Source: an uncultured virus (IMG/VR IMGVR_UViG_3300025502_000007) (taxonomy: Duplodnaviria > Heunggongvirae > Uroviricota > Caudoviricetes). Taken from it: a stretch of DNA of 64,000 bases. The position numbers and the translations under genes are program-made. Of the stretch, positions 49,484-58,697 are shown in pieces. A model generated the notes under the pieces. It had not been told where the DNA came from. It saw nothing but the letters and a program-made list of their open reading frames with translations, and ran no database searches. The stretch lies in IMG/VR virus record IMGVR_UViG_3300025502_000007; one strand, written 5' to 3'. Within the stretch, counting starts at the first letter, position 1; every line of letters starts with the position of its first letter.

Positions 49484-50071
49484 ATGGCTCAAGGCACCGT
49501 AAATGAGGTTCGACGTGCTATACGAAAAGCGCTTCTAGAGATTGAGTTATCTGATTTTTCATTGGATGACAACCTAAATCTTTATAGAGGTGAAAAACGT
49601 CTGTACTCGCCTGATTCCAAAAATGACCTTATTCGGTTTTTAGCATTTAATATTCCTGCATTGGTGGCGCACTTTGGTTTGGACCAAGCTCCTGCTAAAC
49701 GTTCACCCTCAAATCTCAACTCCAAACTTCTCAGTCGACAAGTATTTACTCAGGCTGAGATGGTAAAGCTAGGTGGAAATTATCATCTGGAGCACGGGCT
49801 TTTAATGATGATACCCGTGGATAAAATAGACGGCTTGGACCCAACTCCTGGAAGCTGGTCAGATGACGAAGGAAACGAATATGAATTCCAGAAGGGCGTT
49901 GATTTATTTGATGCGAAACCCATCGAGGTCCATTACGATTCTGACCAAGACTTGTTTATGCTCTATGATGGTAATCATAGAGTTACTCAGGCAAAATTAA
50001 ACCAAGACCAATACATTAAAGCGCTTGTTCAAGCAACAAAGCAAGACTATCAAAGATGGCTTCAGAAATAA
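49484..50071 (+). CDS. ParB/Srx-like domain protein
   Basis: KPIEV...MLYDGNHRVTQA; N-terminal EVRRAIRKALLE. Confidence 0.65.
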   Translation: MAQGTVNEVRRAIRKALLEIELSDFSLDDNLNLYRGEKRLYSPDSKNDLIRFLAFNIPALVAHFGLDQAPAKRSPSNLNSKLLSRQVFTQAEMVKLGGNYHLEHGLLMMIPVDKIDGLDPTPGSWSDDEGNEYEFQKGVDLFDAKPIEVHYDSDQDLFMLYDGNHRVTQAKLNQDQYIKALVQATKQDYQRWLQK

Positions 50072-52269
50072 ACTCCATACGAAAACTTATCAGAGAAGTC
50101 TTAGAGGATTATCATAATCATCCAGACATTGTTGCTATATCCAAAAGTAAAAATGGTATTAGCCTTAGCTCTGGAGAGGTTACGTCAATCAAGTGTGATA
50201 AATCAAAGTCAAATAAGTGTGAAACTAATGTCTTTCATTACATTCACAACAGGCCTAATGAAAATCTGTATCCCGTAAAGGGATACGCTTTTGAAAACGA
50301 TTTCCCCATTGAACACTGGTGGGTTTATGATGCCGATAAAAAAGAATATTTTGACCCAACCCCAGGCTCTAGCTCTTTTGGAAGGTATGTAGGAATAGTT
50401 GGTGTGGATACCAAAGACGAAATTCATAAAACAAAAGCACCTTGGCACGAGCCAGAGAGAGGCCTTAATCCATTCGATGTAGACTTCTTTAGAAGTGGAA
50501 ACATTAAGTCGTATCTTCAAGAAAATACTACCCAAAACATTTATTATCATGGCGTAGGCCCTAAGGGAAAGTTTGCTTCTTTTGATAAATCACAAATAGG
50601 CTCCACCAGTGGGAATGATGGCCATTTTGGTAAGGGATTTTATTTTACAGATACAGAATCAAAAGCCAGAAGCTTTTCAGAATTCTTCGGAGGAACTGGT
50701 GAAGTTCTTTCTGTACGCTTGGATATGAAAAACCCTTTTTATGTCAACGAAAGCAGCCTTGTGCGTATTGGAGAAAAATATAAATTAAATCTCCCAAAAA
50801 AAACAGTTGTAGCTATTGACCTTAAAGACTTGCTTCTGCAATTAAAGACAAAAGACATTGTCGCTTTTAATCTTCTTGCATCTATCACTAAAAACAAAGA
50901 CCATAGCCGTGGGTGGGAAGAGTTTAAAACTAAGCACCCTGACACATACGAAGGAGAAACAGGCTTAGACCTAAACATTGTGTCTGACTGGTACGAAGAA
51001 ACTCAGGGCACCAGATACGGAAGAGGAGTAAACGATTTCTCAGTAGAAGAACTTCGAGAGATTGGGATTGAGCCCAAACTGATTTACGACTTCGAAGAAG
51101 ACGTAAGAATGGACTACCTTACCGACTTGGGCCAAAATTCAGATGATTGGACTAACGCGATAAAACAAGAAGGGCACGATTCGATAATAGCAGGTGATGA
51201 GATTGTTGTATTTGAATCTGAGCAGATTAAAATAATCGAGGCTGAGAGCTTGTCGGAACAAACTGGGTCTGACGAAGCCATTCAGATGTACACTGATGTT
51301 GTCGACTTGAATCCAAAGGCTGAAAAAAATCAGAAGTATATCGATTTGTTGAAGACTAAATACAATTATAAATACATTCCTCCTGAGAAAAGATATAAAG
51401 AAGAAAACAATATCATTGATAAATATAATGGTATAGGATATATTGCGACAACTATAAAAGGGACTCCAATAGCAATCTCAATATTTAAGACACCAGGTTT
51501 ACATCGTTCTTTAACTATCAAAGCCTCAACTGAGAATTTAACACCCGTTGGGAGAGTTGGTTTTAATATTGACTCTAAATCAAACACATTAAGAATAGGA
51601 GGAGCTGAAGTAAATCAAAAATACCGAAGACAAGGGATATATACCCTGCTAATTAAGGTTGTCCAAAAAATTTCATCTGACAATGGGTTTCAAATTTCAA
51701 AAGAAGGTAGAAGCGACGATGCAAAAGCTTTTTGGTCAAGCATAGACGAAAATGTTTCAAGCAAAAGCCTAAGCAACTATAGAGGTGAAAATATTCGCAT
51801 AGAAGAATTAATTGAATCAATTGAGGCAAGTTTAGGCATAACTCTAAAAAAAACTCGCCGTACAAACGATGGATGGATAAGCGAAGGTCAAGGCTTTATG
51901 TGTAAAGTCACAATGAGCAAAATAGAAGCGGAAACCAGTAATTACTTTCACCAAAATCCTCTTCCATTTGTGGCTAAAATAATGGCTGTTTACAAAATTA
52001 ATAACCCTCAGGGAAATGGTTTATACCTAAGAGACTACCCAATAGATATAGGCAATTTCTATGTCGTTATAACTCAAAAATTAAACACGGGAAAAATAGA
52101 TAAAAAAGATTTCTATGAACTTAAAAATAAGTGCGATGAGATTGGGTTAACTGATACACATTACAAAAACACTGGTTATGACAGCGAAGGGAATCTTTTG
52201 GTTTTCGATTTAAAGTCAGACACCACACTAAGTCCTTTAACTAAAAGCTTAACCTTTAATAAACGGTAG
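50056..52269 (+). CDS. polyvalent polyprotein: papain/transglutaminase-like, ADP-ribosyltransferase (ART-PolyVal-like), GNAT and degenerate kinase-like domains
   Basis: CETN..HWWVYD..YFDPT; YYHG..F..FD..GKGFYFTD..KNPF..GHDSII..EIVVF..EQIK; VNQKYRRQGIYTLL..SDDAKAFW; DTHYKNTGYD..LLVFD. Confidence 0.75.
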   Translation: MASEINSIRKLIREVLEDYHNHPDIVAISKSKNGISLSSGEVTSIKCDKSKSNKCETNVFHYIHNRPNENLYPVKGYAFENDFPIEHWWVYDADKKEYFDPTPGSSSFGRYVGIVGVDTKDEIHKTKAPWHEPERGLNPFDVDFFRSGNIKSYLQENTTQNIYYHGVGPKGKFASFDKSQIGSTSGNDGHFGKGFYFTDTESKARSFSEFFGGTGEVLSVRLDMKNPFYVNESSLVRIGEKYKLNLPKKTVVAIDLKDLLLQLKTKDIVAFNLLASITKNKDHSRGWEEFKTKHPDTYEGETGLDLNIVSDWYEETQGTRYGRGVNDFSVEELREIGIEPKLIYDFEEDVRMDYLTDLGQNSDDWTNAIKQEGHDSIIAGDEIVVFESEQIKIIEAESLSEQTGSDEAIQMYTDVVDLNPKAEKNQKYIDLLKTKYNYKYIPPEKRYKEENNIIDKYNGIGYIATTIKGTPIAISIFKTPGLHRSLTIKASTENLTPVGRVGFNIDSKSNTLRIGGAEVNQKYRRQGIYTLLIKVVQKISSDNGFQISKEGRSDDAKAFWSSIDENVSSKSLSNYRGENIRIEELIESIEASLGITLKKTRRTNDGWISEGQGFMCKVTMSKIEAETSNYFHQNPLPFVAKIMAVYKINNPQGNGLYLRDYPIDIGNFYVVITQKLNTGKIDKKDFYELKNKCDEIGLTDTHYKNTGYDSEGNLLVFDLKSDTTLSPLTKSLTFNKR

Positions 52270-52304
52270 TCCTTTGTTATGAATTGATGTTTGATTATAT
52301 TGTG

Positions 52305-52329
52305 CAACACAACACAACACAACACAACA
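52305..52329 (+). repeat. (CAACA)5 microsatellite in a 5' leader
   Basis: CAACA x5 between the TATATTG box at 52296 and the ATG at 52332. Confidence 0.85.
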
Positions 52330-52331
52330 AC

Positions 52332-52889
52332 ATGGACACAACAGAGTCAACACAGAGTTTTTCAGACATGGTTTTTTCTAAATTAGATAACACCGCAATT
52401 ACACCAGACATTCCTTACGAAGTTCCTTACATGGATGCAGATGATGAAATGCATGCAATTTCAGCTTTCATTAAAAGAAGATGTGCCCACAACCAAGACA
52501 TTGAAATCAGCCGAATTAAGTTTCTTTACTCAAACAAACCAAAGAAAGACGGGGGCAAGTTTGTAGCGGGATACATTATCGCTCGAAGTGAAATCGAACA
52601 AGTTGTAGACGACAGATACGACTATGTGATTTGCGTATTTGCACCAGTGTGGGCAGGACTTGACAGTAAGCATAAAGTGATTCAACTAGATAAGCTTCTT
52701 TGTGGAGTTAATGTTGAAGTTGACTTACAGCAGCAGCGTAAAGTTAAAAAGAATCAAACAGATGTTCGTGAGTTTTTAAACAATGTCAATTATTTCGGAG
52801 CAAACGAGGTGATGCAGAGTTCAGAGATTGTAGACCTGGCAACCGTACAGGCGATGGAAGCCATTAAAGAAGCCAAGAAGAATGGATAA
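52332..52889 (+). CDS. putative phage metallopeptidase-family protein, catalytic motif degenerate
   Basis: I.FLYS.KPKK.GG...G...YDYVI.V....W..L....VIQLDKLLCG...DVREF follows the phage metallopeptidase pattern, with DKLLCG in place of DHELxH. Confidence 0.55.
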   Translation: MDTTESTQSFSDMVFSKLDNTAITPDIPYEVPYMDADDEMHAISAFIKRRCAHNQDIEISRIKFLYSNKPKKDGGKFVAGYIIARSEIEQVVDDRYDYVICVFAPVWAGLDSKHKVIQLDKLLCGVNVEVDLQQQRKVKKNQTDVREFLNNVNYFGANEVMQSSEIVDLATVQAMEAIKEAKKNG

Positions 52890-53199
52890 TATCAGAATCC
52901 TACGTCAGGTATATGACGACTGTGAAGCTGAGAGAGTCTTACACTACGACAGACTTAGCAGAACTCTGAATAACTCCGATTTAACTAGAGACCCAATTAG
53001 AGAAGTAAAAGCTTTTATTGAACAAATTGTTCGACTGGAGCGCTCTCAAGAAGTTGCTGTTAGGTTTATGACTCAAATTCAAGAAGACACAGCGAAAGCT
53101 CAACAAAAACAAGAACAAGAACAACATTCCCATGAAGACGGCTCAGAAGATGAACTGGAAGATAATTCAGACGGAACGGAGGAAGAAGACGGAAAATAA
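52882..53199 (+). CDS. hypothetical coiled-coil protein with acidic tail
   Basis: 105-aa ORF. Confidence 0.6.
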   Translation: MDNIRILRQVYDDCEAERVLHYDRLSRTLNNSDLTRDPIREVKAFIEQIVRLERSQEVAVRFMTQIQEDTAKAQQKQEQEQHSHEDGSEDELEDNSDGTEEEDGK

Positions 53200-53441
53200 T
53201 GGCGTGGGTCCTGAAAATCATTTTAATACTTTTCCTAGCTGCATGTGGATTTTGTTTCAATTACATCTTTAAAGATTGGAATGGAATAAGAAAAACAGAT
53301 GGCTTCGGAGAAATCACTCCTTTTGAGAGAATCAGGTTTCACTTGGTGTTCTTCATGATTTTTAGCGCCCTGTCTTCCCTGTCTGTGTTTTTGTTGCTTA
53401 TAATCACTAGCAAGATTGAACTTACATTTTTGCAATGGTAA
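53199..53441 (+). CDS. small two-TM membrane protein
   Basis: 80 aa with two hydrophobic segments; TAATG coupling. Confidence 0.6.
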   Translation: MAWVLKIILILFLAACGFCFNYIFKDWNGIRKTDGFGEITPFERIRFHLVFFMIFSALSSLSVFLLLIITSKIELTFLQW

Positions 53442-53743
53442 AATGGTGGAAACATTCAAAACTAAGATTCTACTGGTGTAACACCAGGTGGAACTATCAA
53501 TTTTGGCTTCACGCGAAGCCAATCTACAGAGAGCATAAGTACACAGTCGACGAGGGTCTGGATTTAGACCAGACCCTCAGCGACGCTGTGATGAAAGTTA
53601 AAGTTAAAAGGACAACCAAAACCCAAAGGAGGTTTATTGGATTTTTTTATAAAAACCAAATCTATCAAGACAACCCTGGGATTCAAGGTCAAGACGCAGA
53701 GACTTGGGACGCTTGGATTCAAAAAGGGCTGGTTAAAGCGTAA
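53435..53743 (+). CDS. hypothetical protein
   Basis: 102-aa ORF overlapping the previous stop. Confidence 0.55.
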   Translation: MVKWWKHSKLRFYWCNTRWNYQFWLHAKPIYREHKYTVDEGLDLDQTLSDAVMKVKVKRTTKTQRRFIGFFYKNQIYQDNPGIQGQDAETWDAWIQKGLVKA

Positions 53744-53782
53744 CTTTTTTGGTTTGCATACGTATATTAACAAAATTGACCT

Positions 53783-54016
53783 ATGCCTTATTCAACACTC
53801 ACACTTACTCCGCGCTACAACGTTAAGGAACATCAAATAATTGATGTGGAAAAAGTAATTAAAATTACAGTTGATAGCCACAAGCCTCTCACGTGCCATA
53901 ATAAAAAGCACGAGCGCCCAGAAGAAGTGAATCCGATGAATATCTCCGTGTATGACCACGACGTTTTTATCGATGATGAACTGTGCGTGATTATTCACAT
54001 GCTCACAAAAGGGTAA
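53783..54016 (+). CDS. hypothetical protein
   Basis: 77-aa ORF after a CGTATATTA box. Confidence 0.5.
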   Translation: MPYSTLTLTPRYNVKEHQIIDVEKVIKITVDSHKPLTCHNKKHERPEEVNPMNISVYDHDVFIDDELCVIIHMLTKG

Positions 54017-54029
54017 AAAAAAAGATGTT

Positions 54030-54305
54030 ATGAATATCCTGGCTCTAAAAGGTTTTCGAGTTAAAGTCACAGAAAAGACCCGCCATTCAGGCTGGAGTGG
54101 CGACAAAAAAAGAGTCGCATCCTATTTAGAGATAGACAAAGAGTACGCAATAGAACGAACGGAGATTGACAGTTCAAGCTCCACAGTGATACTTCAAGAT
54201 TTTCCAAATGTTAGATTCAACACAGTTAATTTCGCAGATGTTGACGTTCAGTCCGAGGAGGATGACGCAAAACACCCCTACGCAGAGCGATGGAATAAGA
54301 AATAA
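54030..54305 (+). CDS. hypothetical protein
   Basis: 91-aa ORF. Confidence 0.6.
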   Translation: MNILALKGFRVKVTEKTRHSGWSGDKKRVASYLEIDKEYAIERTEIDSSSSTVILQDFPNVRFNTVNFADVDVQSEEDDAKHPYAERWNKK

Positions 54306-54342
54306 GTTGTTTTTGTAGCTATTTATTACAAAACCAGTATAA

Positions 54343-56946
54343 ATGGCTGAAGGTATAATTTACCCAAAGGGAGTCGTCCCTAGAAACAAAGACTTTAGAG
54401 AGGCACAGAAGATGCGAGGAGAAGTCTATAATTTCCTAAAAAACACAATGGAAGAGACTGCAGAGTTTGCTTTCAACACTCTTGGCTATAATCAAAAAGC
54501 TGCACCTGCTGGATTTTACGGCGACGGAAACGCTTATGGATATGGCGTAGATGAAGGTGCGTACAATGTAAAAGTTGGTTCCAAAACTGACTCGTACCTC
54601 GAAAAAAGACTTTCTCTTGGCGGAAAAAGAATTGTCGTTGAAATGCATATGACCATCCACCCTGCAACTATGACTGTTGAAATGCATTACAAAAACACAG
54701 AAGACGCTGCGTTTCGTGGATTTCAAGAAGGAAAAGGCGGATACATGATTAACGAGAAAATAATTATGAATTGCGCCAATATGGATAAGTTTAAAAAAGA
54801 AATGACAAAGAAGCTCAAAGAGTTTTCTGAAAAAGAAATAGGATTTATAACCATGACAAAACTTGGAAACGAAGACGGCATTGAAAAGTCAACTGCATCT
54901 GTGGTTGAAGGATTTACACTGTCAAGCCTCTTTTCTGATGATTTCGAATCAACAGAAAAAAAGATTACAGAAAGCTTTAACATAGATGAGACAAAACCGC
55001 GTCCAATTGTGAAGCAAGAGCCTGCTGAGTATCATCAAGATACCGAAGGAAACACTAGAGCAAACGGGAAACCACGTGTAAAAGTGAAGCAAGAGCCTGC
55101 TGAGTACCCGCAAGCTGAACAAAGAGAAGAAAAAGATGACCTCATTTTGGGTGACAAAATGAATGAATCCGAAGGCGAGCCGTATTCAGCTGAACAGGTA
55201 AAAAACACGCTTAACACCCCATACGCTCAAAGCACGTTTTTTGTAACCAATTATGGAAATGTTTTATCTCCAAGCGAAGCTTTAGATTGGGACCACGAAG
55301 ACACGATGGAGTGGATTGTAAAAGGAGAAGCTCACTGGGAAGGTGAACCTATGTACTCTGAGTCTGGTGAAGAAATTCCATCTGCTTATGGTGAAGAAGA
55401 AGTTTCAGAAATCACATCTGCTGGAGGTGCTGGCGGAGCAGGAGGATTTGCTTATGATGCTCCCATCAACGCTACAAGAAAAAGAAACATTGCTTCATCA
55501 GCACCTTTCGACCAGCCAGTAAACGAAGGAAAAAGCGACACGGTTATGTATAAAGGTGCAAAAATCGAACCTCTCGATAGAATACCTGGATACAAATGGA
55601 TGCACACTGATTACTATGACTATGCTCCCGACACAGGGCAATATGGAGCTGGAGAAGGAGATACAGTTAAAGACTGCATGAGGCAGATTGACGATTTCCT
55701 TAAAAGCCAAACCAGTGCTGGAGAACAAATGACAGAATCACAAAAGCGCTTCAACAACACTCCTTACGCACGAAGTCTTCGTGAGAATCGCAGACCAACA
55801 AACCATACCCGCATCATCCCTGAAGGGACTGAAGGAAAAAGCGACACGGTTATGTATAAAGGTGCAAAAATCGAACCTCTCGATAGAATACCTGGATACA
55901 AATGGATGCACACTGATTACTATGACTATGCTCCCGACACAGGGCAATATGGAGCTGGAGAAGGAGATACAGTTAAAGACTGCATGAGGCAGATTGACGA
56001 TTTCCTTAAAAGCCAAACCAGTGCTGGAGAACAAATGACAGAATCACAAAAGCGCTTCAACAACACTCCTTACGCACGAAGTCTTCGTGAGAATCGCAGA
56101 CCAACAAACCATACCCGCATCATCCCTGAAGGGACTGACGGATTCTGGCAAGTTGTCCCTCAAGAGACGTTAGACGGTTACAAAAAAAACCACATTATGG
56201 GTGCCCCAGGCGCCGAAGGTATAGAAGTAAATTCTGACGAAGAAGAAGAGTATAATTCTGGAGGAGTTCAAAAGTACCCAGGTGGAAAATCTCATAAGCA
56301 CGATTTGAAAGAAAGCGAAGACAGAGCTCGTCAAAAATACACAGCTTGGACTTATTTGAAAAACGCTCAAACTCCAGTTGTGGTAAATGAAATTGCCGAA
56401 TCAAAAACATTCATTGTGTATGAAAACGCAAACCCAGCAAGCCCAGAAGTAGAGGCTAACGGGTATAAGGTAATGGAGGTTCCTCAAGTTCTTGAGCTAA
56501 TGGAAAACGGAGGATATCATGCAATGCTAGTAGGTGTTCATCAGATTCATCAAGAGTCTGTAAATGAATCCGTTTCTAAGCGATACACGAGAGTTGGGCT
56601 TACGACTCAGACTGAATTAAATGAAAGATGGAAGCGCCTTGCCACAATGAAAGATGCAGAAACTATTCATGCAGCTGAAAGCGTAATACCTGATTCAAAA
56701 GAAATTTTTTTACCAAAAAGAGGAATCACTGAATCAGTCGAAGGCCTAAACTCTCTATCAAGAGACGGTGGAATCGAAGAAGGAGAATCAGTTGACGGAA
56801 AACTAGTAATTGAGATTGAAAAACCAATGTGCTTAGCACCTGTTTATTACAAAGTATTCAAAGAGGATTATGAGAACACAGGGAAAGCTTTCCTTTGGGA
56901 TTTTAATACTGGAATGCTTGTAAACAACCCAGGGTTCAAAATTTAA
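54343..56946 (+). CDS. large acidic probable internal head polyprotein with an exact 102-aa tandem duplication
   Basis: 867 aa; many [ILVM]-x-E(S/G) motifs (ITES, MNES, VSEI, VNEG, MTES, LKES, VNES); CTATTTAT upstream. Confidence 0.7.
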   Translation: MAEGIIYPKGVVPRNKDFREAQKMRGEVYNFLKNTMEETAEFAFNTLGYNQKAAPAGFYGDGNAYGYGVDEGAYNVKVGSKTDSYLEKRLSLGGKRIVVEMHMTIHPATMTVEMHYKNTEDAAFRGFQEGKGGYMINEKIIMNCANMDKFKKEMTKKLKEFSEKEIGFITMTKLGNEDGIEKSTASVVEGFTLSSLFSDDFESTEKKITESFNIDETKPRPIVKQEPAEYHQDTEGNTRANGKPRVKVKQEPAEYPQAEQREEKDDLILGDKMNESEGEPYSAEQVKNTLNTPYAQSTFFVTNYGNVLSPSEALDWDHEDTMEWIVKGEAHWEGEPMYSESGEEIPSAYGEEEVSEITSAGGAGGAGGFAYDAPINATRKRNIASSAPFDQPVNEGKSDTVMYKGAKIEPLDRIPGYKWMHTDYYDYAPDTGQYGAGEGDTVKDCMRQIDDFLKSQTSAGEQMTESQKRFNNTPYARSLRENRRPTNHTRIIPEGTEGKSDTVMYKGAKIEPLDRIPGYKWMHTDYYDYAPDTGQYGAGEGDTVKDCMRQIDDFLKSQTSAGEQMTESQKRFNNTPYARSLRENRRPTNHTRIIPEGTDGFWQVVPQETLDGYKKNHIMGAPGAEGIEVNSDEEEEYNSGGVQKYPGGKSHKHDLKESEDRARQKYTAWTYLKNAQTPVVVNEIAESKTFIVYENANPASPEVEANGYKVMEVPQVLELMENGGYHAMLVGVHQIHQESVNESVSKRYTRVGLTTQTELNERWKRLATMKDAETIHAAESVIPDSKEIFLPKRGITESVEGLNSLSRDGGIEEGESVDGKLVIEIEKPMCLAPVYYKVFKEDYENTGKAFLWDFNTGMLVNNPGFKI
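55525..56136 (+). repeat. exact 306-bp tandem duplication (2 copies)
   Basis: 55525-55830 equals 55831-56136 (GAAGGAAAAAGCGAC...GAAGGGACT); in frame. Confidence 0.95.
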
Positions 56947-56963
56947 TAAACGAAATTAAGAAC

Positions 56964-56997
56964 AAAAAAAACGCTGCCAATAGGCGGCGTTTTTTTT
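56964..56997 (+). terminator. intrinsic terminator
   Basis: A8-CGCTGCC-aata-GGCGGCG-T8. Confidence 0.8.
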
Positions 56998-57040
56998 GTT
57001 TTATGGATAAATCTGATTATTATTATCAAAATAAATTATA

Positions 57041-57562
57041 ATGGCACTTTGTATCACACACACAAATAACAATGACGCAACATATCCTATTCAGGTAATG
57101 ATAAAGTATGGGTCTAAAGATGTTGAAACAATAAACTTAGCCCCTAACCAGGAGTTTTGGACCGAGTCAAACGCAATGACGTCTTCCCTTCGAGTTTATC
57201 AACGAAAAGCATTAATCAAAATTACTCAAGACGATGGAAAAATAGGGATGACATTTCTGACTCCGTATACCATTGGAGATAAAACCGAAAAACTAAAACA
57301 AGACCACGTTGCTATAGAAGCTCAGGAAAAACCCAAGCCTAACGAAACGTCTATATCATCAATTCTTGGTAAAGCATCACAAAAAGTAGAGGAGTATACC
57401 AAAAGCGATTTAAAGACTGGAAAATGGGACGAAGAAGAACTTTCTTATCTCAAAAAACATTATCCAAAAAATGGAGCTAAGTATGTGGCGGAAAAACTTA
57501 ATCGAGGAGAAAAAAGCGTAAGTAAGAAAGCTGAGGCTTTGAAAATTAAGAGAAAAAGATAA
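57041..57562 (+). CDS. protein with C-terminal Myb/SANT-like HTH
   Basis: KWDEEELSYLKKHY...YVAEKLNRGEKSVSKKAEALKI. Confidence 0.65.
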   Translation: MALCITHTNNNDATYPIQVMIKYGSKDVETINLAPNQEFWTESNAMTSSLRVYQRKALIKITQDDGKIGMTFLTPYTIGDKTEKLKQDHVAIEAQEKPKPNETSISSILGKASQKVEEYTKSDLKTGKWDEEELSYLKKHYPKNGAKYVAEKLNRGEKSVSKKAEALKIKRKR

Positions 57563-57852
57563 TGCTTTCTCTTTCTCAAGAAGTCCATCGCCTTAAGTAC
57601 ATCAGCTGCAAGTGGAGATTTTTCAAAGACCTCTTTACTAAAGTCACTAAATGCTGGTACGTGAAAAACATAGAACTTGACGAAGTCAACAATGTCGGAA
57701 CGTTTAAAAAAGTATATAAAATAGGTGGTATAAAGCTGGAAAGCAAAGTCTTAATGGAAGCAATTTGGGAAGAAGAGGTTTTAGAGAACGATAAGATGAA
57801 AATAACTGTTTATGTCCAAGAGTCAAAACCTAACAAAGAGGCAGAAGTATAA
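57562..57852 (+). CDS. hypothetical protein
   Basis: 96-aa ORF with TAATG coupling. Confidence 0.5.
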   Translation: MLSLSQEVHRLKYISCKWRFFKDLFTKVTKCWYVKNIELDEVNNVGTFKKVYKIGGIKLESKVLMEAIWEEEVLENDKMKITVYVQESKPNKEAEV

Positions 57853-58609
57853 TCTGTCTTTTTTCTTCCCAAAATACTACAAAGAAGAGGAAGCTGTTGT
57901 TATTATAGAACGCATCAGTGAGCTTGGGTCCAGAATTGGTTTTATAGGCAATCAAGGCGACGACAATCGACGCGAACATAAATATGACACGTGGATAGCT
58001 AAAATAGTAAAAGACCACCTTAAACAGCTCTTTAAACAAGACCAGCCATTAAACTTAGATATTTTAGATAAGGAACTGGAATTTCAATCTATTATGGACT
58101 GGATGATTGACGAAAAAATTGACGCATTTAAGTATAACTTTAAACAGGCGTTTCTTGCACAAGAGGCATGGCATCAAGAAATTGCTATGCGGATGCAGAT
58201 TGAGAAGATAGATAGCCCAGACCTAGACCCTGAAAGAATTGTGTATAGATGCAAAAACCAAGAGCATTTTTTTTACATACTAGACCCAAGAGAGCTGAAG
58301 TTTGAAGGAACCCACATGGGACACTGTGTTGGTGCTATGGGATACCAGCAAAAAATAAAAAATGACCACTCAATCATTGTGTCTCTTCGAGATAAAAACA
58401 ACAAGCCACACGTTACAACTGAAATTTTACTAAGAAAAAATAATGGTGTTTCCATTAGTGGAATGGTGGCTCAGTGTCAAGGAAAAATGCATGAAGGTTC
58501 AAGAATGCCTAGTCCACACTATCTAGAGATGATACAAGAGTTCGTTTTATTTGCTTCTGATTTTTACTCCGATGAAACAATGAGCTTCATGAACAAACAA
58601 TACTTCTGA
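57812..58609 (+). CDS. PcfJ-like domain protein
   Basis: ELKFEGTHMGHCVG...IVSLRDKNNKPHVTTEI...QCQGK. Confidence 0.75.
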   Translation: MSKSQNLTKRQKYNLSFFFPKYYKEEEAVVIIERISELGSRIGFIGNQGDDNRREHKYDTWIAKIVKDHLKQLFKQDQPLNLDILDKELEFQSIMDWMIDEKIDAFKYNFKQAFLAQEAWHQEIAMRMQIEKIDSPDLDPERIVYRCKNQEHFFYILDPRELKFEGTHMGHCVGAMGYQQKIKNDHSIIVSLRDKNNKPHVTTEILLRKNNGVSISGMVAQCQGKMHEGSRMPSPHYLEMIQEFVLFASDFYSDETMSFMNKQYF

Positions 58610-58697
58610 TGAACTAGCAAAAATCCTGTTTGATAGAATATAGAATTAATGTTTAGCAATTTCTTCTCTTGAGCTATTTATGATAAAGCTCTAAAAA

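Noticed and set aside
53199..53441. Holin
   Set aside because: Two TM segments only, 17 kb from the endolysin and not behind a late motif; insufficient support.
55525..56136. Diversity-generating retroelement TR/VR pair
   Set aside because: The copies are identical and tandem with no adenine-specific mismatches, and no reverse transcriptase is present in the window.
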